A stretch of 64,000 nt of DNA, taken from NCBI GenBank assembly GCA_036229005.1, contig JAZAMN010000008.1, positions 64,001 to 128,000 of the forward strand, read 5' to 3'. This DNA comes from Myxococcota bacterium. GTDB taxonomy: Bacteria > Myxococcota_A > UBA796 > CAJQPC01. Numbering within the stretch: position 1 is the first letter of the stretch; every line of letters starts with the position of its first letter. Made by a program: the position numbers and the translations under genes. Positions 1 through 7,830 of the stretch are shown piece after piece. The notes beneath the pieces were generated by a model, which was not told where the DNA came from, did not search any database, and saw nothing but the letters and a program-made list of their open reading frames with translations.

Positions 1-349
1 GGGCGTGGGCGCTGTTGACGATCAGCAGGCCCTGGTGCACCTGCCCGTCCAGCCCGTGGTGGTTCAGGTGCAGCTCCGAGAGCCCGTCGAGGGCGACCGG
101 GCAGCCCTCCTTCCAGGTGCCGGCCTCCAGGATCGCGGCCCGGGTGTCCTCGCTGAGGGGCTGGATCGTCGCGGTGTAGGTGGGCACAGCAGGCTCAGGC
201 GGTGGGGAGGGATCGGGTGCAGGCCCATCTTCCCCCACCTCCTGGACCTCTGGGCCCCCGCCCTGGTCGGCACCCCCCTCCACCGACGAGGACAGGCTGG
301 GTGTGACCGGAGCGGGCGCAGTTGAGCAAGCGAGCAGGAGGAGCAGCAT
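1..349 (-). CDS. M15-family (D-Ala-D-Ala carboxypeptidase-like) lipoprotein, partial (runs off window start)
   Basis: My translation from ATG at 349 gives MLLLLLAC...TWKEGCPVALDGLSELHLNHHGLDGQVHQGLLIVN, resembling the N-terminal part of M15 peptidases. Not in the ORF track because it is open at the edge. Confidence 0.7.
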   Translation of the reverse strand, partial: MLLLLLACSTAPAPVTPSLSSSVEGGADQGGGPEVQEVGEDGPAPDPSPPPEPAVPTYTATIQPLSEDTRAAILEAGTWKEGCPVALDGLSELHLNHHGLDGQVHQGLLIVNSAHA

Positions 350-369
350 GGGGGGAGTCTACTGCGTGC

Positions 370-804
370 TCACTCCTCGCCCAGTTGGGGGGCCCCCGAA
401 GCTCCGACGCGGAGCAAGGGCAGGGGCGGCAGCGGGAGGCCCATGCGGGCGCTCAGGCTGGAGACGAGCTCGCGCAGGTAGGGCCAGGCGTTGAACAGGC
501 CGTTGTGCTGGGCGAACTCGTCGACGTCGCGCTGGGTGGGGACCATGCCCTCGGGCAGCCTGTAGTGGATCCGGTAGGTGGCCTCGATGTCCAGCGTCTC
601 CTCGTCTCGGCTCAGGCCGACGAAGCGCGCGCGCGCGAACACGGTGAGCCGGCTGTGCTCGGGGTCGAAGTCCGCCTCTGCGTCCTGTCTGAGCTGGAGG
701 TTGGGGGGCTCCTCAGGCAGGGTGAGCGGGTCCAGCAGTGTGCGGGCAGAGCAGGACAGGAGCGCGACGTGCTCCAGGGTCACGAAGGGCGAGAGCACGG
801 ACAC
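370..804 (-). CDS. SecB-like chaperone (chaperone component of a TAC system)
   Basis: C-terminal FAQHNGLFNAWPYLRELVSSLSARMGLPLPPLP matches the SecB-fold signature. Its GTG directly abuts the antitoxin stop. Confidence 0.8.
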   Translation of the reverse strand: MSVLSPFVTLEHVALLSCSARTLLDPLTLPEEPPNLQLRQDAEADFDPEHSRLTVFARARFVGLSRDEETLDIEATYRIHYRLPEGMVPTQRDVDEFAQHNGLFNAWPYLRELVSSLSARMGLPLPPLPLLRVGASGAPQLGEE

Positions 805-1152
805 TCAGGCCGCCCCTTGCCAGGTCGCGGCGTGCCACTTGGGGCGGCTGGGGAGGATCACGGGGTTCCAGGTCGCAGGCTGGGGGCTGGGGTGTCCGAG
901 CGAGGCGACGAACTCGAGGTCCAGCGCGCGCGCGACCTGGCGTAGGCGGCGCACGCCGACGTTGCCGCTGGCGTCGAAGAAGCGGGTGACTGCAGCTCGG
1001 CTCCAGCCCAGGCGGCGGGAGAGCTCGGCTTTGGAGATCCCTTGTAGCTGCATGCTGCGGTGGAGTTGATCCACCAGGTCGAGCACAAAGTGCTCGTCGG
1101 CCAGCTCGTTGGCCAGGGTCGGGTCGTCGCGGAGGGTGTCCAGGTAGCTCAT
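805..1152 (-). CDS. XRE/HigA-like HTH antitoxin with Trp-rich C-terminal tail
   Basis: HTH ISKAELSRRLGWSRAAVTRF; tail PATWNPVILPSRPKWHAATWQGAA; ATGA overlap with the toxin stop. Confidence 0.8.
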   Translation of the reverse strand: MSYLDTLRDDPTLANELADEHFVLDLVDQLHRSMQLQGISKAELSRRLGWSRAAVTRFFDASGNVGVRRLRQVARALDLEFVASLGHPSPQPATWNPVILPSRPKWHAATWQGAA

Positions 1153-1604
1153 TCTTCCTCTCCAGTGTGCGTGGGGCGGGCGCGGTGCTCCGTCAGGATG
1201 CGCAGGGCCCGCTGTCGGTCTTGGGGCCGGGTCCTCTGCTGCTTCTTCACAAAGCCGCAGAGGAGCAGGAGCAGCACTCCTTCTTCCTGCCAGGCGCAGG
1301 CCAGCCGCAGGTTCCCGGCCTTGAACTCGTAGAGCTCGTCCCCCAGGTGCTTGAAGTGGTGCTCATTGGAGTCCGGCCCGTTGTCCGCCAAGCGCTCCAT
1401 CTTGGCGAGCAGGTTGGGGACCTTGGTGTTGCGGCGCTTTCCCTGGTGGAGGCTGTCCAGGAACTCGCGGGCAGGGAGGCGACCCCGCGCATCTCGCGCG
1501 AAGCGCAGGGTGACGGCCCTGCCAGCCTTGAAGAGGTCATCCTGCACTCCGGTCCCGGGTCTCCGGTCCCCGGTCCCCTGGTGTGTTGACTCTGAAGTTA
1601 ACAC
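1149..1604 (-). CDS. RelE/HigB (Gp49-like) toxin; true start may be further downstream
   Basis: GRLPAREFLDSL...FKHLGDELYEFKAGNLRL...LLLLCGFVKKQQRT is the typical Gp49/RelE pattern; toxin-first gene order. Confidence 0.8.
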   Translation of the reverse strand: MLTSESTHQGTGDRRPGTGVQDDLFKAGRAVTLRFARDARGRLPAREFLDSLHQGKRRNTKVPNLLAKMERLADNGPDSNEHHFKHLGDELYEFKAGNLRLACAWQEEGVLLLLLCGFVKKQQRTRPQDRQRALRILTEHRARPTHTGEEE

Positions 1605-1619
1605 ACCGAGCCGGAGCGT

Positions 1620-3428
1620 CTACCCCCGGCGCCGCCGCAGCAACGCCAAGCCCCCCAACACCACCAGCGCACCACCGCCGCCGGTGCCGCCGCATCCGCC
1701 GCATCCGCCCTGGGTTTCGGAGCCGCTGCCCTCGCCGGTGTCCACAGGCTGTTGATCGTCCTGGGGATCACTGTCCGGGACGGTGGAGTCTCCCGTGTCG
1801 CTGTCCATAGGCCCCGTGTCGACCCAGGCCTGATCGAAGCTCCAGGTGGCGTCGTGGGCCAGGAAGCCGGTGGGGTCGGCGCTGCCGCTGGCGTAGGGGG
1901 CGTTGAGGTAGTCGGCGCCCTCGCTGCTCAGGACCAGGCGGGCGGTGAAGGGGTAGTCGCCGGCCTGGGTGGCCCGCAGGGTGAGGCCCACGGTGCGCTG
2001 GCTGTGCTCGGGCAGGGTGCCGACCAAAAGGGTGCCCGCGCTGGTGGCGGTCCAGGCGCCGGCGTCGGGGAGCGCCACGCTCTCGCCGTACACAAAGGGG
2101 GTGGCCGTCCAGTTGCTGTTCTCGGGCTGGATCTGCACCTTGGCGTCGTGGGTGAGGACGATGGTGGCCTCGCCGACCGCGCCGCGGTTCTCCAGGTTCA
2201 AGCTCCAGCTCCCGGTGGTGTCGAAGTAGCCGTCGCTGGGGGCCTCGATGCCGGGGACCGCGGTGGCCAGGGCGCCGTGCACGCTGAGCCGGCCGTGGGC
2301 GACCTTGGTGGGCAGGTCGCCGACCTCGACCGCGGAGGCCTTGAGGACGCGCGCGACGTCGACGGCGGAGAGGTCGGGGTGGGCCTCGAAGACCAGGGCG
2401 GCGGCGGCGGCCACCAGGGGCGCGGCGTAGGAGGTGCCGGCGGCCACGTCGTAGTCATCGGTGGACTGCACGCCCAGGCTGCACAGGCTCACGCCGGGCG
2501 CGGCCAGGTCCACGGTCGCGGGGCCGTAGTGGCTCCAGGTGTTCAGGTCGTCGGTCTGGGTGGAGCCCGCGACGCTCAGGATGTGGCTGCCCGACAGGTT
2601 GGCCGGGTAGAGCGGGTAGCTGTCGTTGTTGGCGTCCGTGCAGTTGGCGTAGCCGCAGTTGCCCGCCGCCGCGACCAGCAGGATGTCCGCGCTGCCCAGG
2701 CCGGCCACCGCCTCCGTGAAGCCCGTGGTGGTGCTGGAGCTGGCGATGCTGTAGTTCAGCACCCGCACGCCCAAATCGCCGTCCGCCAGGTCGTCCATCG
2801 CCCGGATCGCGTAGGACCAGTAGAAGTTGCCCCCGCTGTCCGCGATCTTCTGCAGGTTCAGCCGCAGGTCCGGGCCCAGGCCCGCCCGGCCGATGCCGTT
2901 GTCGCCGATGGCGGTGATCATGCCGGCGATGAAGGTGCCGTGGCCGGGGACCCCCGCCGCCCAGGCGACCTCGGGGACGCTGTCGCTGTCGCCGTAGTCG
3001 AACTGGCCGCTGATCTTGGCGTTGCCGAAGTCCTCGTGCTGCCAGTAGAAGCCCGCGTCCTCGATGGCGACCACCGGGGCGTTCACGCCGGTGACCGGCA
3101 GGGTGCCGGCCTCCAGCAGCTCCAGCTCCCAGAGATCCGGGCACTCGCTGGTGCCGGTGCCATCCCAGGGCGCGGCGGGGAGCTGCGGCGGCTGCACGGG
3201 CCACTGGATGTCCATGACCGCATCGGCCTCGACGTAGCGCACCCCGGGGAGGGAGGAGAGGGCCTGCAGGTCCGGCGCACGCGCGCCCTCAACGATGCAG
3301 ATGGGGGCGATGTCCAGACACTCCACGGCACCAAATGGCGCCAGCGAGGTCATCGGAAAGTCAGCTTCGACGCCCACGATCGCGGTGTTGGGGCCAGCGT
3401 GTGCGCTCAGCACGGACAGCAACCACAT
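1620..3428 (-). CDS. S8 subtilisin-like serine protease with MYXO-CTERM-like C-terminal anchor
   Basis: Catalytic motifs VVAIEDAG, GHGTFIAG, AAAGN, GTSYAAP; tail GCGGCGG-hydrophobic-RRRR. Confidence 0.9.
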   Translation of the reverse strand: MWLLSVLSAHAGPNTAIVGVEADFPMTSLAPFGAVECLDIAPICIVEGARAPDLQALSSLPGVRYVEADAVMDIQWPVQPPQLPAAPWDGTGTSECPDLWELELLEAGTLPVTGVNAPVVAIEDAGFYWQHEDFGNAKISGQFDYGDSDSVPEVAWAAGVPGHGTFIAGMITAIGDNGIGRAGLGPDLRLNLQKIADSGGNFYWSYAIRAMDDLADGDLGVRVLNYSIASSSTTTGFTEAVAGLGSADILLVAAAGNCGYANCTDANNDSYPLYPANLSGSHILSVAGSTQTDDLNTWSHYGPATVDLAAPGVSLCSLGVQSTDDYDVAAGTSYAAPLVAAAAALVFEAHPDLSAVDVARVLKASAVEVGDLPTKVAHGRLSVHGALATAVPGIEAPSDGYFDTTGSWSLNLENRGAVGEATIVLTHDAKVQIQPENSNWTATPFVYGESVALPDAGAWTATSAGTLLVGTLPEHSQRTVGLTLRATQAGDYPFTARLVLSSEGADYLNAPYASGSADPTGFLAHDATWSFDQAWVDTGPMDSDTGDSTVPDSDPQDDQQPVDTGEGSGSETQGGCGGCGGTGGGGALVVLGGLALLRRRRG

Positions 3429-3505
3429 TCAAGCCTCCCGGCAGGGTGCCCAGGCTATCCCGCTGCTCCGCCGGGTGGCGCACGCCGACTGGGGCGGCTC
3501 CGTGT

Positions 3506-4168
3506 CTATCCGGCGCAGAGGCTCCCGGCGGCGGCGCCGTCCACGCCCCAGGCCGCGCAGCCGCTGCACTCCTGGCCCAGGCGCAGGGTGTGGGTCTGCT
3601 CGCCCTCCAGCAGCAGCAGGCCGTCCACCGGGCTCTCGCACTCGGGCATCAGGCGGAAGGTGCCCTCGACCTCGACCGCGCCCAGGGAGGGGGTGAGCAG
3701 GGTGCCGCTGACCAGCACGTCGGTCAGGCCCTCGCGCTCCACCAGGGTCCAGCTCAGGTCGGTCTGCGCGCAGCCGTCGGCGTCGCAGAAGGTGCCCGCC
3801 ATCTCCAGGGTGGAGAGGTCGCCGGCGACCTGGTGCTCGATGGCGCCGTCCAGCTGCTCCCCGTTGAGGACCAGGCCGGAGACCTCCATCCAGGCGCCCT
3901 GTCCGTCCTCGTAGCGCTCGAGGGCGCCGCGGGCGGGGGCGTCGGGGCAGGCCTCCCAGTACTGACGCAGGCCGGGGCCGTCGTCGAAGTCCTGGGTGGG
4001 GCAGGCCAGGGGCAGCTCGGTGATCAGCGCGTCCAGGGGGACCAGGGCGACGCTGGGGTCGAGCCAGGTCACCGCGTCGGCCACGGCCCGCTCGGTCTCT
4101 GCGCTGGGCGCGGAGCTGCGGGGGGTGTCTGGGCCGAGGCAGCCCAGGGCGAGCATAAGGAGGGTCAC
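3506..4168 (-). CDS. hypothetical Cys-containing lipoprotein
   Basis: MTLLMLALGC lipobox-like start; coding-like GC3 bias. Confidence 0.65.
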   Translation of the reverse strand: MTLLMLALGCLGPDTPRSSAPSAETERAVADAVTWLDPSVALVPLDALITELPLACPTQDFDDGPGLRQYWEACPDAPARGALERYEDGQGAWMEVSGLVLNGEQLDGAIEHQVAGDLSTLEMAGTFCDADGCAQTDLSWTLVEREGLTDVLVSGTLLTPSLGAVEVEGTFRLMPECESPVDGLLLLEGEQTHTLRLGQECSGCAAWGVDGAAAGSLCAG

Positions 4169-4310
4169 TGACTGGATCTAAGGTCCGCAGGCTCGGGGCG
4201 TCAAGGGGGCTGCGGGTGTCCTCGCTGTGCAGATCGGGTGCGGGATCGCCTGTCGTACGGGAAATCGTTAGGTGGTGGGGAGCGTAGTGTCGCCAGATCT
4301 GGAGTCCCCC

Positions 4311-4895
4311 TTGTCCCGCAAGTACAGCATCTTCGCTGTGGTCGCCGTCCTGAGCGTGGTCATCGACCAGGCCACCAAGTGGTGGGTGAACCAGAACATC
4401 GACCCGTGGAAGGGACGGATCTCCGTCATCGACGGCTTCTTCGAGCTGGTGAACTTCAAGAACACGGGCGCGGCCTTCGGCGTGGGCACTGGCTGGGGCA
4501 GCGCGATGCTCGTGTTCGCCATCTTCACCATCGTCGCCCTGGGCGTGATGGGCTGGATGCTCTGGAAGCTCCCGGACGAGGACCGCTTCGAGGCCGGCAT
4601 GATGGGCCTGATCACCGGCGGCGCCATCGGCAACGCCATCGACCGCGCCCGCTTCCAGGAGGTCACCGACTTCCTGCGCTTCTACACCTCGGACCCCGAG
4701 CTCGCCGCCAAGCTGCACGACAACTTCGGCATGGCGGAGTGGCCCAGCTTCAACGTGGCCGACACCTGCATCGTGGTCGGCGTGATCGTGTTCTTTGTCT
4801 ACACGCTGGTGCAGGACCGGATGCGCAAGCAGGCCGACGACACCCTGGCCGAAGACGAGGGCGCCCTGCCCGAGCTGGAGAAGGTCGCCGACTGA
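4311..4895 (+). CDS. lspA: signal peptidase II (paralog 1)
   Basis: DQATKWWV, NTGAAFG, GAIGNAIDR, VTDFL, WPSFNVAD. TTG at 4311 follows GGAG; the ORF track starts at 4272. Confidence 0.92.
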   Translation: MSRKYSIFAVVAVLSVVIDQATKWWVNQNIDPWKGRISVIDGFFELVNFKNTGAAFGVGTGWGSAMLVFAIFTIVALGVMGWMLWKLPDEDRFEAGMMGLITGGAIGNAIDRARFQEVTDFLRFYTSDPELAAKLHDNFGMAEWPSFNVADTCIVVGVIVFFVYTLVQDRMRKQADDTLAEDEGALPELEKVAD

Positions 4896-4908
4896 TGGGG
4901 CGCCGCTG

Positions 4909-6396
4909 ATGGGCCGCAGCGCGGCGGTGGCCTGGAGCGCGCTGACCGGTGCGCTGATCCTGTGGATGGCCCGGGACCTGGCCTGGGCCAGCCCGGAGGC
5001 CCTGCAGGCGCTGATGGCGGCGGACCTGTTCGTGGACGGCGGGCCGCTGTCCCTGTCCACGCGCCTTCTGTGGAAGCCGGCCGCGAGCCCGGGCTGGGTG
5101 CGGGTGGCCCAAGGGGTGCTCGCGCTGGGGCTGGAGCCGGTGGGCGCGCTGCGGGCGCTGGGTGTGGCCGCGCTGGTGGGGCTGGGGGTGCTGTGGACCT
5201 GGGCGCTGCGGACCCCGTGGCCCACCGCTCTGATAGCGCTCTGTGTGCCCCTGATCCAGGCATCGTCCGCCGGCGAGGCCATGTCGGTGGCGTCCTTGCT
5301 GGTGGCCCTCTCGCTGCTCGCGGCCGCGTCGAGCCAGGGGCGGCGCCTGGCGCTGGGCTCCCTGGCCGGGGCGCTGGGGGCGGGGCTCTATCCCCCGGCG
5401 GCGGCGGCCTGGTTCGTCGGCCTGGCGGTGGCCTGGCGGCGCGGGCTGGCCCGGGACTACGCCTGGGGCGGGATGCTGCTGGGGCTCTTCTGGGCGTGGT
5501 CGGCGGGGCTGACGGGCTGGAGCTGGCCGCAGTGGGACCCCGCCGGCGGCTGGGCGGCGCTGTGGCCGATGTGGGTGGGCACGCCCCTGGCGGCGGCGGC
5601 CTGGCTGGCGCTGCCGAGCGCCTGGAGTGACCGCCGGGTGCAGGCCCTGGGCGGCGGGGCGCTGGCGGTGTGGGGCTGGGCGCTGTGCACGGGCGGCTCG
5701 CTGACGGTGGGCAAGCCCTACTTTGTGGCGCTGCCCTGGCTGCTGGCGGCGCTGGGGCTGTGCATGGCGCGCTGGCGGCGGGATCGGCGGGTGCTGGTGG
5801 GCATGGCCGCGGTGTCCTCGCTGGCGCTGTCGGTGCAGGTCCAGGGCTTGCTGCCCCAGGAGCCGGACGGTCTGCCACCCCGTGCCGTGGGCTACACGCA
5901 CCTCTTCTTCTCCCTGGACCGCCTGGAACAGGCCCGCCAGGACGGGCTGGCGCTGGGGGCAGCGCTCCCGGACCCGACGCCGGGGATCGCCCTGCAGCCC
6001 GGACAGGAGGCGCTGGCGTACTACGCCGGGGTGACCTCGCTGGTGCCGTGGTTGCCGGAGAGTGAGGCGGCGCCAATGGCGGCTCAGGGGGTGGACCTGC
6101 GGCTTGCGTGGCACTCCCCAGCCCCTCCGGCCAACTCCCACACCCTGGCGACGGTGGGTGGGCTGCCTGTCGAGCTGCTGCGCTACCACACCCCGACGGT
6201 GCAGGGGCTGGTCCGGGAGGGCGCGGTCATCGTGGACTTTCCGGCCAACCTGCCGGCGTGGATCCAGCAGGTCCTGCCCGGCCTGAGCCCCGAGCAGGCG
6301 GGGGCGGTGCTCGCGGAGTTCGACGCCTACTACTTCGACCACAACCTGGACCCCGGACTGCGGGCGCCTCTGGCCGCGGCGGCGGGTCGCGATTAG
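4909..6396 (+). CDS. polytopic membrane protein of unknown function (possibly GT-C-like) between the two lspA genes
   Basis: Many hydrophobic Trp/Leu/Ala segments followed by a soluble C-terminal domain; ATG 13 bp after the lspA1 stop. Confidence 0.7.
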   Translation: MGRSAAVAWSALTGALILWMARDLAWASPEALQALMAADLFVDGGPLSLSTRLLWKPAASPGWVRVAQGVLALGLEPVGALRALGVAALVGLGVLWTWALRTPWPTALIALCVPLIQASSAGEAMSVASLLVALSLLAAASSQGRRLALGSLAGALGAGLYPPAAAAWFVGLAVAWRRGLARDYAWGGMLLGLFWAWSAGLTGWSWPQWDPAGGWAALWPMWVGTPLAAAAWLALPSAWSDRRVQALGGGALAVWGWALCTGGSLTVGKPYFVALPWLLAALGLCMARWRRDRRVLVGMAAVSSLALSVQVQGLLPQEPDGLPPRAVGYTHLFFSLDRLEQARQDGLALGAALPDPTPGIALQPGQEALAYYAGVTSLVPWLPESEAAPMAAQGVDLRLAWHSPAPPANSHTLATVGGLPVELLRYHTPTVQGLVREGAVIVDFPANLPAWIQQVLPGLSPEQAGAVLAEFDAYYFDHNLDPGLRAPLAAAAGRD

Positions 6397-6405
6397 CTGG
6401 CCCGG

Positions 6406-6960
6406 GTGTCGGACACTCCCCTCTACGCGCAGCGAAAGACCGGGCTCTTTGTGGGCTTGACGGCGCTGCTTGTTGTGCTGGACCAACTCAGCAAGTGGTG
6501 GGTGCGCGAGAACATCGCGCTGGGCAGCGAGCGCGTCGAGGTCATCCCGGGGCTCTTCGAGCTCGTCCACGTCGAGAACACGGGGGCGGCCTTCGGCATG
6601 CTCTCGGGGCAGTCCTGGGCCATGTGGCTGTTCATCCCCTTCACGGTGATCGCCGGCCTGGTGCTGGTGTCCATGCTGCGGGATCTGCCCGATGACGTCG
6701 TGCTGGAACCCCTGGTGCTGGGCAGCATCTTTGGGGGGGCCATGGGCAACTTCCTGGACCGCGTGCGTGTGCAGGGGGTCACGGACTTTCTGCGGGTCTA
6801 CACCGAGCAGCCGGACATCCAGGCCTTCCTGCTCAAGAACCTGGGCAGCGCCGAGTGGCCCAGCTTCAACGTCGCGGACATCGCCATCGTGGTGGGCGTG
6901 ACCTGCTTTGTCGCCATCGAGATATTCGGGCGGGGCCGCCACCCCCAGAAGGAGGGCTGA
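6406..6960 (+). CDS. lspA: signal peptidase II (paralog 2)
   Basis: DQLSKWWV, NTGAAFG, GAMGNFLDR, VTDFL, WPSFNVAD. Confidence 0.92.
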   Translation: MSDTPLYAQRKTGLFVGLTALLVVLDQLSKWWVRENIALGSERVEVIPGLFELVHVENTGAAFGMLSGQSWAMWLFIPFTVIAGLVLVSMLRDLPDDVVLEPLVLGSIFGGAMGNFLDRVRVQGVTDFLRVYTEQPDIQAFLLKNLGSAEWPSFNVADIAIVVGVTCFVAIEIFGRGRHPQKEG

Positions 6961-7829
6961 TGCATCCCATCGCCTTTGAGATCGGAGAGTTCGCCCTGCA
7001 CTGGTATGGCGTGCTCATCGCCATCGGCGCCATCCTGGCCATCTTCATCGCCAACAAGTGGGGCGACGCGGAGGGCCTCCCCAAGGGGCTCTTTGGGGAC
7101 CTGGGCTTCTGGAGCATCATCCTGGGCATCGCCGGCGCCCGCGGCTGGTACGTGCTCCAGCACCTGGACAAGTTCGACAGCGTGGGCGCGATGCTCAACG
7201 TGCGCAGCGGCGGCCTGGTCAGCTACGGCGGCCTGCTGGGCGTGCTGGCGGCCTTCGGGATCGTGGTGATCCGCAAGAAGCAGCCCCTGCTCAAGGTGCT
7301 GGACATCCTGGCGCCGCTGATCCCCCTGGGGCACGTGTTCGGGCGCCTGGGCTGCTTCATGGCGGGCTGCTGCCACGGGCACGCGACGGACGTGGCCTGG
7401 GCGGTGACCTTCACCGACCCGCTGGCGAGCATGGACCCCACCATGCTGGGGCAGCCTCTGCACCCCACCCAGCTCTACGCGGCCGGCTACCTGGCGGCGC
7501 TGGCGGGGGCGCTGATCTGGTACCGCGGGCGCAAGCGCTTTGACGGTGAGCTCATCCTGATCTACCTGACCGCCTACCCCATCCTGCGCAGCATCAACGA
7601 GATCTACCGAGGTGACTCGGTGCGCGGCTACCTGATCGAGGGCTGGGTGACGACGGCCCAGGCGACCAGCTTCGTGATCGCGCTGGTGGCGCTGGCCGGC
7701 TGGTGGTGGATGGGCAAGGTGAACCGCGACCGGGCCGAGCGCAAGGCGGCGGCTGCGGCCAAGGCGGCCGCCAAGGAGTCCGCTGGGGAGTCCACCGAGG
7801 AGCCCGCCGAGTCGACCCCCGAGGCCTGA
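6960..7829 (+). CDS. lgt: prolipoprotein diacylglyceryl transferase
   Basis: MHPIAF..HWYG, GARGWYV, GGLVSYGG, GRLGCFMAGCCHG, HPTQLY, RSINEIYRGD; TGATG overlap with lspA2. Confidence 0.92.
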   Translation: MHPIAFEIGEFALHWYGVLIAIGAILAIFIANKWGDAEGLPKGLFGDLGFWSIILGIAGARGWYVLQHLDKFDSVGAMLNVRSGGLVSYGGLLGVLAAFGIVVIRKKQPLLKVLDILAPLIPLGHVFGRLGCFMAGCCHGHATDVAWAVTFTDPLASMDPTMLGQPLHPTQLYAAGYLAALAGALIWYRGRKRFDGELILIYLTAYPILRSINEIYRGDSVRGYLIEGWVTTAQATSFVIALVALAGWWWMGKVNRDRAERKAAAAAKAAAKESAGESTEEPAESTPEA

Positions 7830-7830
7830 C

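Noticed and set aside
370..1604. Prophage or mobile island around the TAC module
   Set aside because: No integrase, att-like repeats or phage genes are adjacent within the window.
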